From: Camelus ferus | Lineage: Eukaryota | Reading direction: 5' to 3' | DNA: 64,000 bases | Assembly (NCBI RefSeq): GCF_009834535.1 | Contig: NC_045721.1 | Location: forward strand, 26,164,001-26,228,000 | In this document: piece after piece, positions 38,336 to 50,349 of the stretch | Layout of the letters: each line of letters begins with the position of its first letter | Numbering within the stretch: the first letter of the stretch is position 1 | The notes under the pieces: generated by a model | Told to the model about the DNA's origin: nothing | The model's input: only the letters and a program-made list of their open reading frames with translations | Database searches by the model: none | Translations under genes and position numbers: made by a program

Positions 38336-40677
38336 AAATCAAGGCAGATGTAGGGGACATGCTTCTAATAGAGAAGGTATGCTCTGTAGAAGCTTTTAAC
38401 GTTTTGTTTTTATATATATGTTCGTATAGAGGCAAGGTGACATTAATCATCTGTCTATGCCTTCATCGCGTGAGCCTAAACGTATGAGGCTAGAAGAGTT
38501 GTTCCATCTCTTCTTCATTGAATCAGAAGTGTAGGAATTTCATTTTTAGTAGATTGCCAACCTCTGTTTTAAGCTCTGCCAAGTAGCCTGCCGTTAAGAC
38601 ACTCTAGGGGCTGAAACTTACTGCTCAAGGCCAAGAGAAGATTCTGGTTGTTGAGCAGACAGCGTGAAGTGGGTCTTCGTCCTTGGAATCAGGGTTCCCT
38701 TGTGAAATAAGCTTCCAGATTTAATGGAACTGGTTATCAAGCTTTTCTGTTTTGGCGCCCTGGGTAGGAATCCTTTTAAGGTAGGGCTTCATATGTGTTT
38801 GTACAAAGTCATCTTTTCAATTTAACCTGCCAGAGAAATGTCATTTTGTTCGGTGTTCACCCCAAATGAGAATGAGCATGCTTCAGCGAGTGGCTGAGAA
38901 ATTAAGTTTTGTGAGAATGAACAAGTGATTGTTTGAGAGAAACCTCAGAGGCAATGGTGAGGAAACGAGACATTGTGATACTCTGGGACCATGACCATGA
39001 GGAGCACTTCCTGCCGTCTGTGCATTAGGCCGAGCGTCCTGCAGGGTACTTGGCGGCTTCTCCACGACACACGGCCTCGAAAGACAAGGGCTTTGGGAAG
39101 CTGACCGTTACAGTTCTTCTCGACACTTGGTCCAGAGTGACGTCTGTGTGTCTGTGTTTTGTTTTCCACCTACTGCACTTCAGTTGTGCTTCACATACGC
39201 ATGTATTTCAGGCAGTTAAAATAGCTGATTGTAAATCGAAGCGCAGAGAAATTTCAGAGCTTGGATTTTCCAGAAGTTTGATTTTTATCAGCACCACACT
39301 TTTTTCTTTTTACTTCTCCAATAATTCCCCGTTGCCGTTATTGAAGATTTTGATAAAGAAAGACACAGCAAAGACAACAACCAAGAAATTCAAGCTTAAC
39401 CGCAGGCGGCCTGGGCCCTTTAGAACAGACAGGGTCTCGTTTGGGAAGCAGATCTGCTGTTTGGCTCCAGGTTTTCAACAGAGTGGCTTGCCGCCCCAGC
39501 CAAGTCATTCTCTCTCTCTGACCCTCTTCCTCCTCTGTAAAATTGTAAGTTCATATGAACTCCTTCAACCAGCCCTTCCAGCTTCAACAGACTCTGTGTG
39601 TATCTGCATTGGAATCTATGTGGGGAAAATGTCAATGCCCTATGTTTAAGAGTCAGGATAACTGAAAATCCATAATAGCTTAGATTTTGATTGAGTAGAA
39701 GAAGGCCCTTAACTTAGTTGCTGCAAAGCTCTCCATGGACAAGTGCCTCTGAATCGGGTGTGTGTGGCGGGGAGCAACTGTCTTCTCACCCCGAATTACT
39801 CCTTGTTCCTTACTGTCATCTAACTTGAGAATTGTTTTTTTTATATTTACTTCTTTGGTCTCATAGTAGATAAGTCTGGATCAGAGCTAGTAAATTTAAG
39901 AAGGACGTGTTTATATTGAATTCTCCCTCCATCATACTTGTTTTTAAAAATTTCTTCCTCGCTCACACCACTTTCCTGCCTGGCCTTTCACACGAAAGCT
40001 GGCCCGTGTACCTCCAGCGGGTCTCCAGCAGAACTTACCTTCTAAGTGTCCGCCCTGAATTCCTCCCGTATCATAGTTCTGTGGACCCTGCTTTCCCACG
40101 GGTAATTTATAAACTAATCAAGTTCACGGCAGTGGATGCATTGATGCTCTTAGCTAAGTGGCTGTTTGCCTTTCAACAGCATTTGCTGGTGCTTTGGGAG
40201 GGGGAGGCAGGACGTAAGACAGGGGGCTTCTGAGGCCTGAGGTGGGCAGTTCTTTACTCTGATCCCTAAGAAATCTCAAAACCAAGGCGTCGACATGGCG
40301 ATAGATTTGTGATGGTGAGGATATTGTTCTGTGCTTTCTTTCCAACATGAAGTGGAGTAGAATGAATTGCACTGTGTTCTCTTGACCACGGTTATCTGAT
40401 AAAGCCTGTCTGTGTGATTAAACTGTGTGCGAGCCATCCGAGGTGCCTCCTGGAATAACAACGTTAAAGATACTGTATTTGACTGGTTCTCCACTGTTTC
40501 TCGTTAACTCCTAAGATGCTTAAAACTCTGAAAATGTGTATATTTATGCCACATATAAAAAAATGCAAATATCTACCGGTTTTCATATGCATTTGAGATG
40601 AAAAATAGAAAAAGACAAGAAGAAAATGTCCTAAAGTCTGATATGAATAACCCGGTACCGGTTTCATTTCTTTGCAG

Positions 40678-40863
40678 CCGTGTCCTGCGGCATCCCAGAG
40701 TCCCCAGGAAATGGCTCATTTACGGGGAATGAGTTCACTTTGGATAGTAAAGTGAGCTACGACTGTAACGAGGGCTTTAAGCTGGAAGCTGGTCAACCCG
40801 CCACGGCCGTGTGTCAAGAAGATGGATCGTGGAGTAACAGGGGGAGGCCTCCTGCGTGTAAAC
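40678..40863 (+). CDS. CSMD1: CSMD1 exon 11 (186 nt), Sushi15: AVSCGIPESPGNGSFTGNEFTLDSKVSYDCNEGFKLEAGQPATAVCQEDGSWSNRGRPPACK
   Basis: tttctttgcag|CC and AAAC|gtaagt. Confidence 0.96.
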
Positions 40864-41814
40864 GTAAGTGTTCAAACCCACAGGTCCGTCTCTGCGGAGT
40901 TAACGAGGAGCAGAGCTCCCCGCGGAGAGCTAGACTCCGGGCTGGAAGGCCCTCTTCCACAGGGCCTCATGCCTCGGGGCGGTGTCATTGCCCGTTTGCT
41001 CTGTTTAAGCCGCTTCAGCCATTTAAGATGAGCTCTGCCTCTTGAAGGTGGGTCGTGGGGACCCGCGTCGGCTCCCTCAGCACCGAGAGCGCGTCCTGGT
41101 TAGGGCGCATCCTGCCCGGGCCGCCACTTGCAGTTTGGAGGGATGCGGCGCAGAGGGCGTGGAGGCGTAAAGCACTTGATACAAAGCGTTGGACGTAATT
41201 CAGCAGAGGCACGGCCCGTCCCCCTGGAAGGTCCCTGAGGTTGAAGGCGGTGCCTGGTTGGCGCTCAGTAAATGAGGTGCTGATTCGCAGAGGGGGGTAA
41301 GGCTTCTGGAGAGCTATTTATAGCACATAATAATATTCTTGAAAGGGTCAAAGCTTTGGGTCCATTCTAAAACTCTAGTCTTAAAAAATAATAATAAAGT
41401 TCATAAAGAAAAGGCAAAAACAACAAAAGTTCACACACACACAGTTTACACCAAAATTTTCATTGCAGCCCTATGAAACTAGACTCAGATCAGAAATAAC
41501 CCAACTACCTAGTTTCTAAAAATTGAAAACTGTGTAGTATTTCTACATATATGGGATCTTTGTTCTTACGATATTTGCAAAATTGATCGCATGGTCTTCA
41601 ATTAGAAAGTTAATTTATTGATTTTATTTGTGTATAGTATTTTGATCATTTAAAATTATTCATACTTTTTAGATATGAGCATATAAATGTTTACGAAAAA
41701 TAATTGACTTCCTTCTGCAGTTTTCACTTTCCTTGCTATCATTTCAATCCTTTATTTACTTATTTATTTTTCAAATGATTGTGGCATTTCCTGAGGGTCA
41801 GTAAGGTGCCAATG

Positions 41815-43025
41815 AGGCAGCCCCTGCCCCTCAGCTCCTGGCAACCACTGGTCTGTTTACTGTCTCCATAATTCCACCTTTTCCAGAATATCATACAGTA
41901 GGAACCACACAGTAGCCTTGTCAGATTGGCCTCATTCACTTAGTCGTATACCAGAAACAAACACATTTAAGGTTTCTCCATGTCTTTTCATGGTTTGATA
42001 CCTCGTTTTTTTAGGTCTGAATAATATTTCATGTCTGAATGCACCATAGTTCATTTATTCATTCAGCTACTGAGTGACATCTTGGTTGTTCCCAAGTTGT
42101 GGCAATTAGGAATACAGCTGCTGTAAACATCTTCGTGCAGGCTTTTGTGGACATGTTTTCAGCTCCTTTGGGTAAATATCAAGGAGCGTGATTGCTGGAC
42201 CGTCTGACAGGGGCATCTCAGTTTTGTAAGAAACCGCCAAACTGTCTTCCAAAGTGGCTGCACCGTGTTGCACTCCCACCCCCAGTGATGAGAGCTCCTG
42301 CTGCTCCGCATCCTTGCCAGCACTTGGCGATGTCAATGCCCAGGACTGGCCTTGTAATGCTTCGCAGTGGTGTCTCACTGCTTTAATCTGCACGTCCCTG
42401 ATGCCGTGGGATGTGGAGCGTCTTTACATATGCTTATTTGCCGTCTGCCTTCTTTGGTGAAGTTTCTGTTTAGATCTTTTGCATATTTTTAATTAGGATG
42501 TTCATTTACTTAGTGTTAAGTTTAAAGAGTTCTTTTTGTATTTTGTATAACAGTCCTTTATCAGATGTGTCTTTTGCAAATGTCTTCTCCCAGTCTGTGG
42601 CTGGTCTGCTCCTTCTCGACAGTGTCTTACAGAGCAGAAGTTTTTAATTTTAATTAAGTACATCTTCTCAATTCTTTGTTTCATGTAATCTGCTTTTCGT
42701 CTTGTACCTAAAAGGTTATCCCTAAGCCCAAGGCCACCTAGATTTTCTCCTGTGTTGTCTTCTAGGAGTTGTGTGGTTTACGTTTGGGTGTTTGATCCAT
42801 TTCGAATGACTTTTTCTACAGGGAGCCTGTATTTATTTTTGCATGTGGGTCTCCAATTGCTCCAGCACCCTTTGTTGAAAAACTGTCTTTCCCCATTTGT
42901 ATTGCCTTTTGATCAATTGTCAGAAATCAGCTGACTGTGATTTTGCAGGTCTGTTTCTGGGCTGTCTCTTCTGTTCCACTGATTTCTGGGTCTGTTCCTT
43001 TGCCAAGGCCACACTGTATTCTCAC
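41815..43025 (-). mobile_element. Second L1MC-like LINE-1 (3' UTR plus ORF2 C-terminal end), antisense
   Basis: ctcctggcaaccactggtctg...aagaaaccgccaaactgtcttccaaagtggctgcacc...cttttgcaaatgtcttctcccagtctgtgg...ccagcaccctttgttgaaaa; overlaps the 34637 copy in element coordinates, so an independent insertion. Confidence 0.88.
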
Positions 43026-43779
43026 ATCTGTTTTTGTTTGGATAAAACAAAATGTGATAAAATGACACCTTTTTTCCAAAATATATTTTAATATGAATCC
43101 AATAATTTGGAAACCTAATTATGAGAAAAAAATCTCCAGTTTCCTACCAATCAGTCTTTTGTTTTGGTTGTAAGGATTTCTAGGGACACGTTTGAGTTTA
43201 GTGAAAACGCCCAGGTGGACATGGGTACTTTTCGTTCTAAAGCGACGGGGAGACCACCTTGCCTGCAGGCAGCACAGCTCGCTGGGGGTCATGGACGCAC
43301 CGCCTCAGGGGCATGTACTTAAACCGGAGAAGCATTATCCTTAGATGCATTAAAGGGTGTCTCGCGTGTGTCCTGCTACTTCACGGGGTGATGAAGTGAG
43401 TGAGGCCCTTCTGTCTCTCACTTTAGCGCTGACCTGTTTCCTCCTGCACGCGTGCAGGACAGAATGCCTTCACAGTGTAGGCACAAACTCCTCTGTCACG
43501 TCTGTGTGAGCCACACCTATGCATTAAGGCCACTCTTCACTGGGTTACACGATGCGTAATTACAGCTTGGTCTCCAGAAGGCCCACACAGGTGCTTCATA
43601 CCTGCCAGTACATGGGTTGGCATCATGGAAATTCAACACAAGGGCTGACCACGTGAGAACTGTGAGGACAAGATGCACAAAATAGCGTTTTAAGTCCTGG
43701 GTTGGGGGCAGAGAGAGAGAGTAGCAGAGCTTTGAAAAGAGGGAAGCAGACAACATGTTTCGGGCTCTGTGGAGAATGT

Positions 43780-45190
43780 GTGTGACATCGCTTCCCTGGG
43801 CACAGGAGCCAAAGGAGCTCCTCTCGTCAGAGGCGCCATCCTGGCTCACTCACCCCCGCTCCGGCAGCACGTTTGCCGCACAACCACTGCCACGGGGGCG
43901 CTGAGGAGACGCATGATCACGTGCACAGGACCTGATGTCGGTCACTGTGGGAAGGGGTGACGTCGCCAGGCGACGTGCGTGCCCGGACGAGGCAGTCTCC
44001 CTGGAGGAGGTGGCGCTCCCGCCGGGACTGGGCTGGGTCTGGTGAAATAACGGCGATAATCAGGACCACTCTTTTGAACAGTAACTCTGAACGCTTGTCT
44101 GTGTTACGTCATTCAGATGTAACAACCGTCCCGTGGAGAAGGTGTTGCTTTCCTGATCTTACTGGTTTGATAAAAGGTCAATCACTGAGAGATCCAAATT
44201 TGCGATGTGCAGCCAGGTACGTCTGACCGGGCGTGCCACGAGAACGCCCGGAGCAGTGCTCTGCTGGAGCGCCAGGGCCCTGCCGGAGGCCCCGCGGGCG
44301 CCGGGAGAGCCGCGTGGGGATCGCCTGATCCGACACCGATGTTCTGGGCCTCGTGGAAACGAGTGGCCCTGAGTGCTCCCGGGCTCTGCCTGGGGTTACG
44401 CCGCCCGTGCAGGGGGGTTCAAGGCTCTGGGCGTCCCTTAGCCTGTAAAGGGATAGTTTAAGCATGAGACAGATTGCATGATGGGGGGGTGAGTGTAAGG
44501 AGGGGAGATATGAGAGCCCCCACAGCTCTGAGAAATGCCCAGAAGCTGGGGTGAAAAGAGGGAGGAGAAGACAGAACAGAGCGGAAGCCGGGCGGGGAGG
44601 CTGAGGCTGCTCCTGCTCCCGCCGCCGTTGGGGCGTGCGCTCCCGCAGCCCGTCCTCGCTTCCTCTGCCCCGGGCCGGACTGCTCCCACCAGCTTCCCCC
44701 AGGAAGCACGTCCGCCCACCTCAGGCCAAGTCACCGCCACCCATGCCAGTGGGACTGCCCCCAGTCTCCCTCCAAAATCCCCTCTCACACGACGTCCAAC
44801 TCGTCTTGTAATCATATATGAATCAAAACAGGGCAGTCCTCGCTTAAATTCTCCCAAGAGCTCTCGGCGACTAGAATAACGTGTAAACTATTTGGAACTC
44901 ACTTCTCTAAAAGTCAGATGTTACGGCGAGGCCACCTGGAAACCTGGCCCAGCTCGTGTACGAGTCCGATGTGCACTTAGGGCCTCTCACCACGGTGGGC
45001 ACCGCACTGGCGCAGCTCGTGCAAGGCTGGCCTTGGACCCCTACTCTCCTCCAGGCTGGCCTCCCAGAGTTCTACAACAAGTGGCCCATTTTACTTTCCT
45101 GAGGTGTGCGACTGTGCTGTCCCCTCACCTAGATGCGAACCGGGGCTGGGATGGGTGCGCGAGTCGGCCGGGGTCGCGGGCGCAGCAGCA
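43780..45190. other. Intronic GC/CpG-rich patch (two sub-blocks)
   Basis: 16 CpG counted in 44221-44340; further CpG clusters at 44570-44720 and 44920-45190. Confidence 0.7.
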
Positions 45191-46619
45191 CCAGTCGGGG
45201 TTTGGTTCCAGGAAGCCCAGGGAGAGGGGCCTGTTCCTAACCTCCTGCCCTCCTGCTGTTCTGTCTCTTGGAATTGATTTTGCTCATGATTTTTAAGTCT
45301 TATGTGTAACTGAGAACAGAGACAGAAGAAAGGTGCCCCTTTAACCTAGCAGGTAATCCTTTCCTGAAAAGTTTCAAATAACTGAGGGGAGGTGGGGGAG
45401 GCACCTTCTGTTAGAGGACTGTAACAGAACCAGGTGGTTTCAAGGACGTTGTAAATTTATGGCTAAAATTTTCTGGGAACATCAGGAGAGGCCTCTGGCA
45501 GTTCAAGGGCAAATGTTACATCAATTAAGAGAACCACTCTGCGCTCGCCTAAAGCACCCTATCACAGCCCATCAGCTGGCTTAATTTGTACACTCGATTG
45601 ATTTTTTTCTGTGTTAAATGCACATCTAGATTTAAGGCTGCTTTAAAGTCATAATGAAAAAATTAAATAACAAAACTGCTTCTTACATACGTATGAGGTT
45701 CCCAGACTAAGAAGGTTATGGTACGTTCTGTTGAGTGATTATTAAATGTGAAAAAGTCAATTTGCATATAAGGACTTGAGTGCTGCTTGTTCAGTAACAC
45801 AGGGAGATAAACATGACTTCTGCAGGTACCTGGAAGTTTCTAAGTGTCCTCTCACACTTCCAAATGTTTTCCCCATTGCTTATTAGACTTTACAAAAGGA
45901 AGAAGTGGACATTTTATTGTAATTCCTTGGTGTTCAAAGGCTGGAAAATCTGCTTAACTCTTTCAGGGGAAGGTGTGATTTTCACTTAGTTTAAATTAAG
46001 GAAAGTGGGCAGAGTAAGCAGAAAACTTTACGTCTTAGTCAGAAAATTTGGTTACTATTAAATTCTGAAATGTGTATTTCCCCAAGGCCAATTCCTTTGT
46101 TGGTGTGACATGATTTTTAAGTTTCTTTACCAACCGAATAATATGTAGATCAGCACACTGAATCTCAAGAGATAAGAAACACTTCAGCTTTGATAAATAG
46201 TAAGTGTAAATGGTAAATAAAATTAGTTCATTTCACCCTTGGGTTTACTAAAATAAAGACTGTAATAAGTAACTGTGTCTCAGGCCGCATATGCCCCACA
46301 GTCATACAAGTCTCCAAGGCAGATGTTTGAGGCTCATTTCTTTCCGTCTTAACTGTTTACTGAGGCTGGGTCTGGGTCACTGAAGGTGTGATTCATGCTG
46401 CTGCACATAAAGCGAGGGAGAGCTGTTGGTGTGGGTGTGCGGGGTTTACCAGCTGGACAGGGTGATGAGCAGCTGTGTGTTACATCCTCTGCCTTCAGGG
46501 GAGAGTGACGCCAAGAAGATCACCTTCTGACAGCAAACAGAGTCCGTGTCGTAATCCCGGTACGTAGGGACTTGTCCCTTTTTCAGTTGAGGCTGTTAGG
46601 CATGGAAGCGAGTTTGTCA

Positions 46620-46720
46620 CTAATAACTGATTAAGGACCTACTGTGTGCCAGGCACTGTGAGCGCTCTAAGTGCCGTGTGTGTGCACATTTCAGGGGAGA
46701 CAGAGCAAGTCAAAGTCGTA
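46620..46720 (-). mobile_element. L2/MIR 3' end fragment, antisense
   Basis: gattaaggacctactgtgtgccaggcactgtgagcgctcta. Confidence 0.6.
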
Positions 46721-46973
46721 CCACGTAGCTTTACAGACCTGTAAGTACTCCAGCCGCAGGGTAGGCTGCGACTCCATGCAAATCATGTTTACACACGGGC
46801 CTTCACGTCGCACCCTGGAGGTTTGCACCCCCCCCACCCTGCTCCTATTCTGAGTCGCTCATGGCTAAACGTGCGGTCAAGCTCTGAGGTAAAAACAAAC
46901 ATTTAAGAAGAATGTTTATCCCAGACTCCTAATTTATCCTCCTAATTTGCGATTATTATTAACTGCTAATTTA

Positions 46974-47180
46974 GGACTAACAAACACACACTACTATGTA
47001 TACAATATATAAACAACAAGGGCACACTGCACAGGGGGCCTCAGCCAGCACCTCGTGGTGACGCACAGTGGAGCAGAATCCGGAAAAGAGGGTATTCAGA
47101 TGTACGCGTGTAACCGGATCACTATGCTGTGCCCCTGCAAGTAACACAGTGTTGTAAATCAAATATACTTCAATAATAAC
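46974..47180 (+). mobile_element. 5'-truncated artiodactyl-type L1 3' end, strongly GC-drifted
   Basis: acacactactat...ataaacaacaagg...gctgt...taacaca...ttgtaaatcaaatatacttcaataa aligns by eye to the copy at 28369. Confidence 0.8.
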
Positions 47181-50154
47181 AACTTTTTAAAGTTCTAAAA
47201 CATATTTAAAATAATAGAAAGAATGTTTACCCTTAAAAATTCCATGATCTCAACCCAGCCTTTGTGGAAAGGGGCCTCCTCCTGGGGCGATGCTGAAACC
47301 AGGTGGTGTGACGTGCAGGGAGGTCAGCGGGGTGCCCCGGGCCCCGCTCTGTCCCCTGGCTTCCTGAGCCAAAGCAGCTTGCTCCTCTGCTTCTCACGCA
47401 CCGAACCGAGGCCAGCTTCTCCTTCCCCAGCCAGTGAGTGCAGACTGTTAACGGCATCCCAGAAGCTGTGCTGGGTTGTGAATACAAGTAGTTATGAGGC
47501 TGGTTGAATCATTTTACTCCGATGGCATCTGATCATAATTTTACACATCTAATTAAATGTGCTTGAACTATACTTGGTCATAAAAAGCGCTTATCCACAT
47601 TGAGCGCAACGGGGGAGAATCTGTGTTCAAAACAAAAGACAGTTGCCTCCCTGCATCTCGGGCTGATCAGAACATCACAGAAGATTTACGTTAAGTTTCC
47701 ATAATTTAGGAGAGGGAAGGCTAAAGAGATTTTTTTTTTTTAAACAGTTAGCAACATTGTCAGTGTATGAGTATCTTAAACAAAACAGTTGTGAGCCTGC
47801 GTGGTTTCCACGAGCAGAATGACTAATCAATCAGAATCACTTGCAGTACAACGAAAAGCCAGTATCGCTCAAGTGAAATGTGAAGTACTTTGCGTTGTCT
47901 CTGAAACCTTCACAAAATACAGAGACTGCGTCTTTCCTCCACAGAAACGTTGCCGTCTGTGCTTTCCACTGGTCTGATGTGAGAAGTGTTACTCAGGGAC
48001 GTTTAATACCATACTGCGTCAACCAGTCAGGCCCGTCACCCTTCGTGCTGCTGACCCTGTCACTTGGGAACGGTCATTACTCATCTTCTCCTGAGTTTTT
48101 TGAAATAGGAGAAAATTATTCCATAAGAGTTGGGTTTTTTTTTTTTATTTTAAAGTGATAGAAGAGAATCTATATTTTTGTACGAAAAAGGAGGGACTGT
48201 AAACTGCAGCTGGAGCATTTTCCATCGAGCCAACTAAACCTGCTTAATGTCGATGAACTTGAATTGACAACTGATTCACTTATAATGCCGGAGATGCTGA
48301 CTTATAACACTTACATAAACAAAGTGCTTTCTTCCGCGACGTTTTCCAGAAGGACCAACATTTTAAAACGTTCTTTTGAAAGTGTCATTGTGTGTACATG
48401 ACATTTGTATGTTGGCGAGTCCGGGTCCTCACTGACTTATCTGAAAACCACATCTGGTGTCACTCACTTCAGTCCTTCATGGAAGGAGTTTCCTTGTGTT
48501 GTTTCCAGTGACAGCGTGGGACCCGGGTGGGGTCCTAGCTGGTGGGGTAGCCTAAGCGTACTCGCCGGGCCACGAAATGCGAATAATTCCAGCATCCTCG
48601 TCTGCCGCCCGGTGTTGTGCTTGTTCTCCAGAAAAACTGAGAAGACGTCGTGTTCACAGTATAAGAGCTGAGAACCTGGCAGGGAGACAGAGACGCGAGC
48701 AAACAGTTAAACCCGAGTCGGAGACTCACGAAGCAGACCATCTTCGTGAAGAAGGGGTAGCCGCGCAGAATTTGGAAACCACTGCTGTGGCTGGTGTTAG
48801 CACAAAGAAGACTTCAGATTCCACTGTGTGAGGCAGCACTTGGCAGGCACTGGGTTTACGGAAGATCGCTCAGCCGTTAAGAACGATCCAGTCAGTTCTA
48901 GAAGCACCATTTTGGTGAAATGAAGTGGATTTTATTTGGAACGTGCAGTGGGATTGGTATTGAGCTATGGATTTACAAGGTGACAGGCACTGAGACTTTC
49001 AGACGAGGCAACCACGCCTGGAACCCTGAAGGTATTCTAGCTAGATAAGTACACACTTCCGTCACTAGGTGAACACTTGAGCGCCTGTGCAAGTTTTGGA
49101 TAATTGTTTTATCCAAAAAAATTCTTAGGAGGACCAGATCTAATTGCTTTTAAATTAACAAATTATTCTCACGTTTTAAACCTTGTTGATATTATGGTAA
49201 TAATACAAAAAAGGCCTATTTTTTTCTGTTTATTTGCCCACAGTGCTGGTAAATTACTGAGAGAAGATTAAATGGGAAATTTTTGTAACATTTTGGGTAT
49301 GTCTGATTCAATTATAATGAACTTGTATGGAATTTAAAAGTAAAATATGTTTATTAATATTATTCTGAAAAAAGACTGGTTTCTCTAGCTAATTCTTTCA
49401 AGTTCAATAAATTAACTAATCAGGTCCACTTTGTGGGTGATTGACCAGAAGGTTATTAACTCCTCCAGCTTCATATTTAGGGATATGAGTTCTGGTTCCT
49501 CACTTTGTGAAATTAATTTTCAATATTATTTTACTGTTCAGTATAATTTATTTTCAGCATATTCACAAGCCCCTTGACCCACCCCAGGGACCCTATGCTG
49601 CTGCGGAGTCTCTGCTGTGGCTGCAGTTGGCACCACTGCTCCTTGCCAAGTAGCTGCTCTGAGTCCAGTCCTTTTCCTAAGTGCATGGATAGACTGTCTT
49701 CTTCAAGACTCATTAAACCTTTTTCTCGGCAGCGTTAGTGAGGTGTGCATGTGGAGTTTGTGTGCTGATAAATCCAGGCGTGTGCAGAGCACGTTATGTA
49801 GGTGTGCTTCGGTAGGAGGAAGGGAGTGAGGGCATCTGGTCTTCTGAAAGTTTGGTCTAAACTGATTTTCAATGACTCAAAGCTGGTTTTCAGTGACCCA
49901 GTTACTATTTCAAGTTTCTTGAAGGATATTGCGAGATTCCCAGCTGTTCTTGCGGTGAGGCCGTGGAGTGCATTTTACCTACAGGATCGTTCTGGTGTGA
50001 CTGCCTGGGTACTAGGGAACTCCTGAAAGGGTCGGTAATGGTGTCTGTTTTGCACAGTGAGCTCAGTTTCGTCCAGAAGGTCCTTGCCCTGAAAAGCAGG
50101 CCTGGTCTGGTCCCTCCCGAGCAAATTGATGACATTACGTGTGTTTCTCTTCAG

Positions 50155-50349
50155 CGGTCACCTGCCCCAGCATCGAAGCCCAGCTCTCGGACCACGTCAC
50201 CTGGAGGCTGGCGTCAGGAGCCCTGAATGAGTTCGGAGCCCAGGTGGTGCTGAGCTGCAGCCCTGGGTACTACCTGGAGGGCTGGAGGCTGGCGCAGTGC
50301 CACGCCAACGGGACGTGGAGCGTCGGGGAGGAGAGGCCCAGGTGCAGAG
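50155..50349 (+). CDS. CSMD1: CSMD1 exon 12 (195 nt), Sushi16: PVTCPSIEAQLSDHVTWRLASGALNEFGAQVVLSCSPGYYLEGWRLAQCHANGTWSVGEERPRCR
   Basis: tttctcttcag|CG and AGAG|gtgagt. Confidence 0.96.

Noticed and set aside
39050-39649. 199-aa plus-strand ORF
   Set aside because: Non-ATG start, low-information composition, no domain similarity; lies mid-intron
40652-40661. Perfect palindrome CCGGTACCGG near the exon 11 acceptor
   Set aside because: A 10-bp palindrome is expected by chance in 64 kb
41078-41100. REST/NRSE-like tcagcacc; also ggacagcacc at 51153
   Set aside because: Only isolated half-sites; the partner half does not match at canonical spacing
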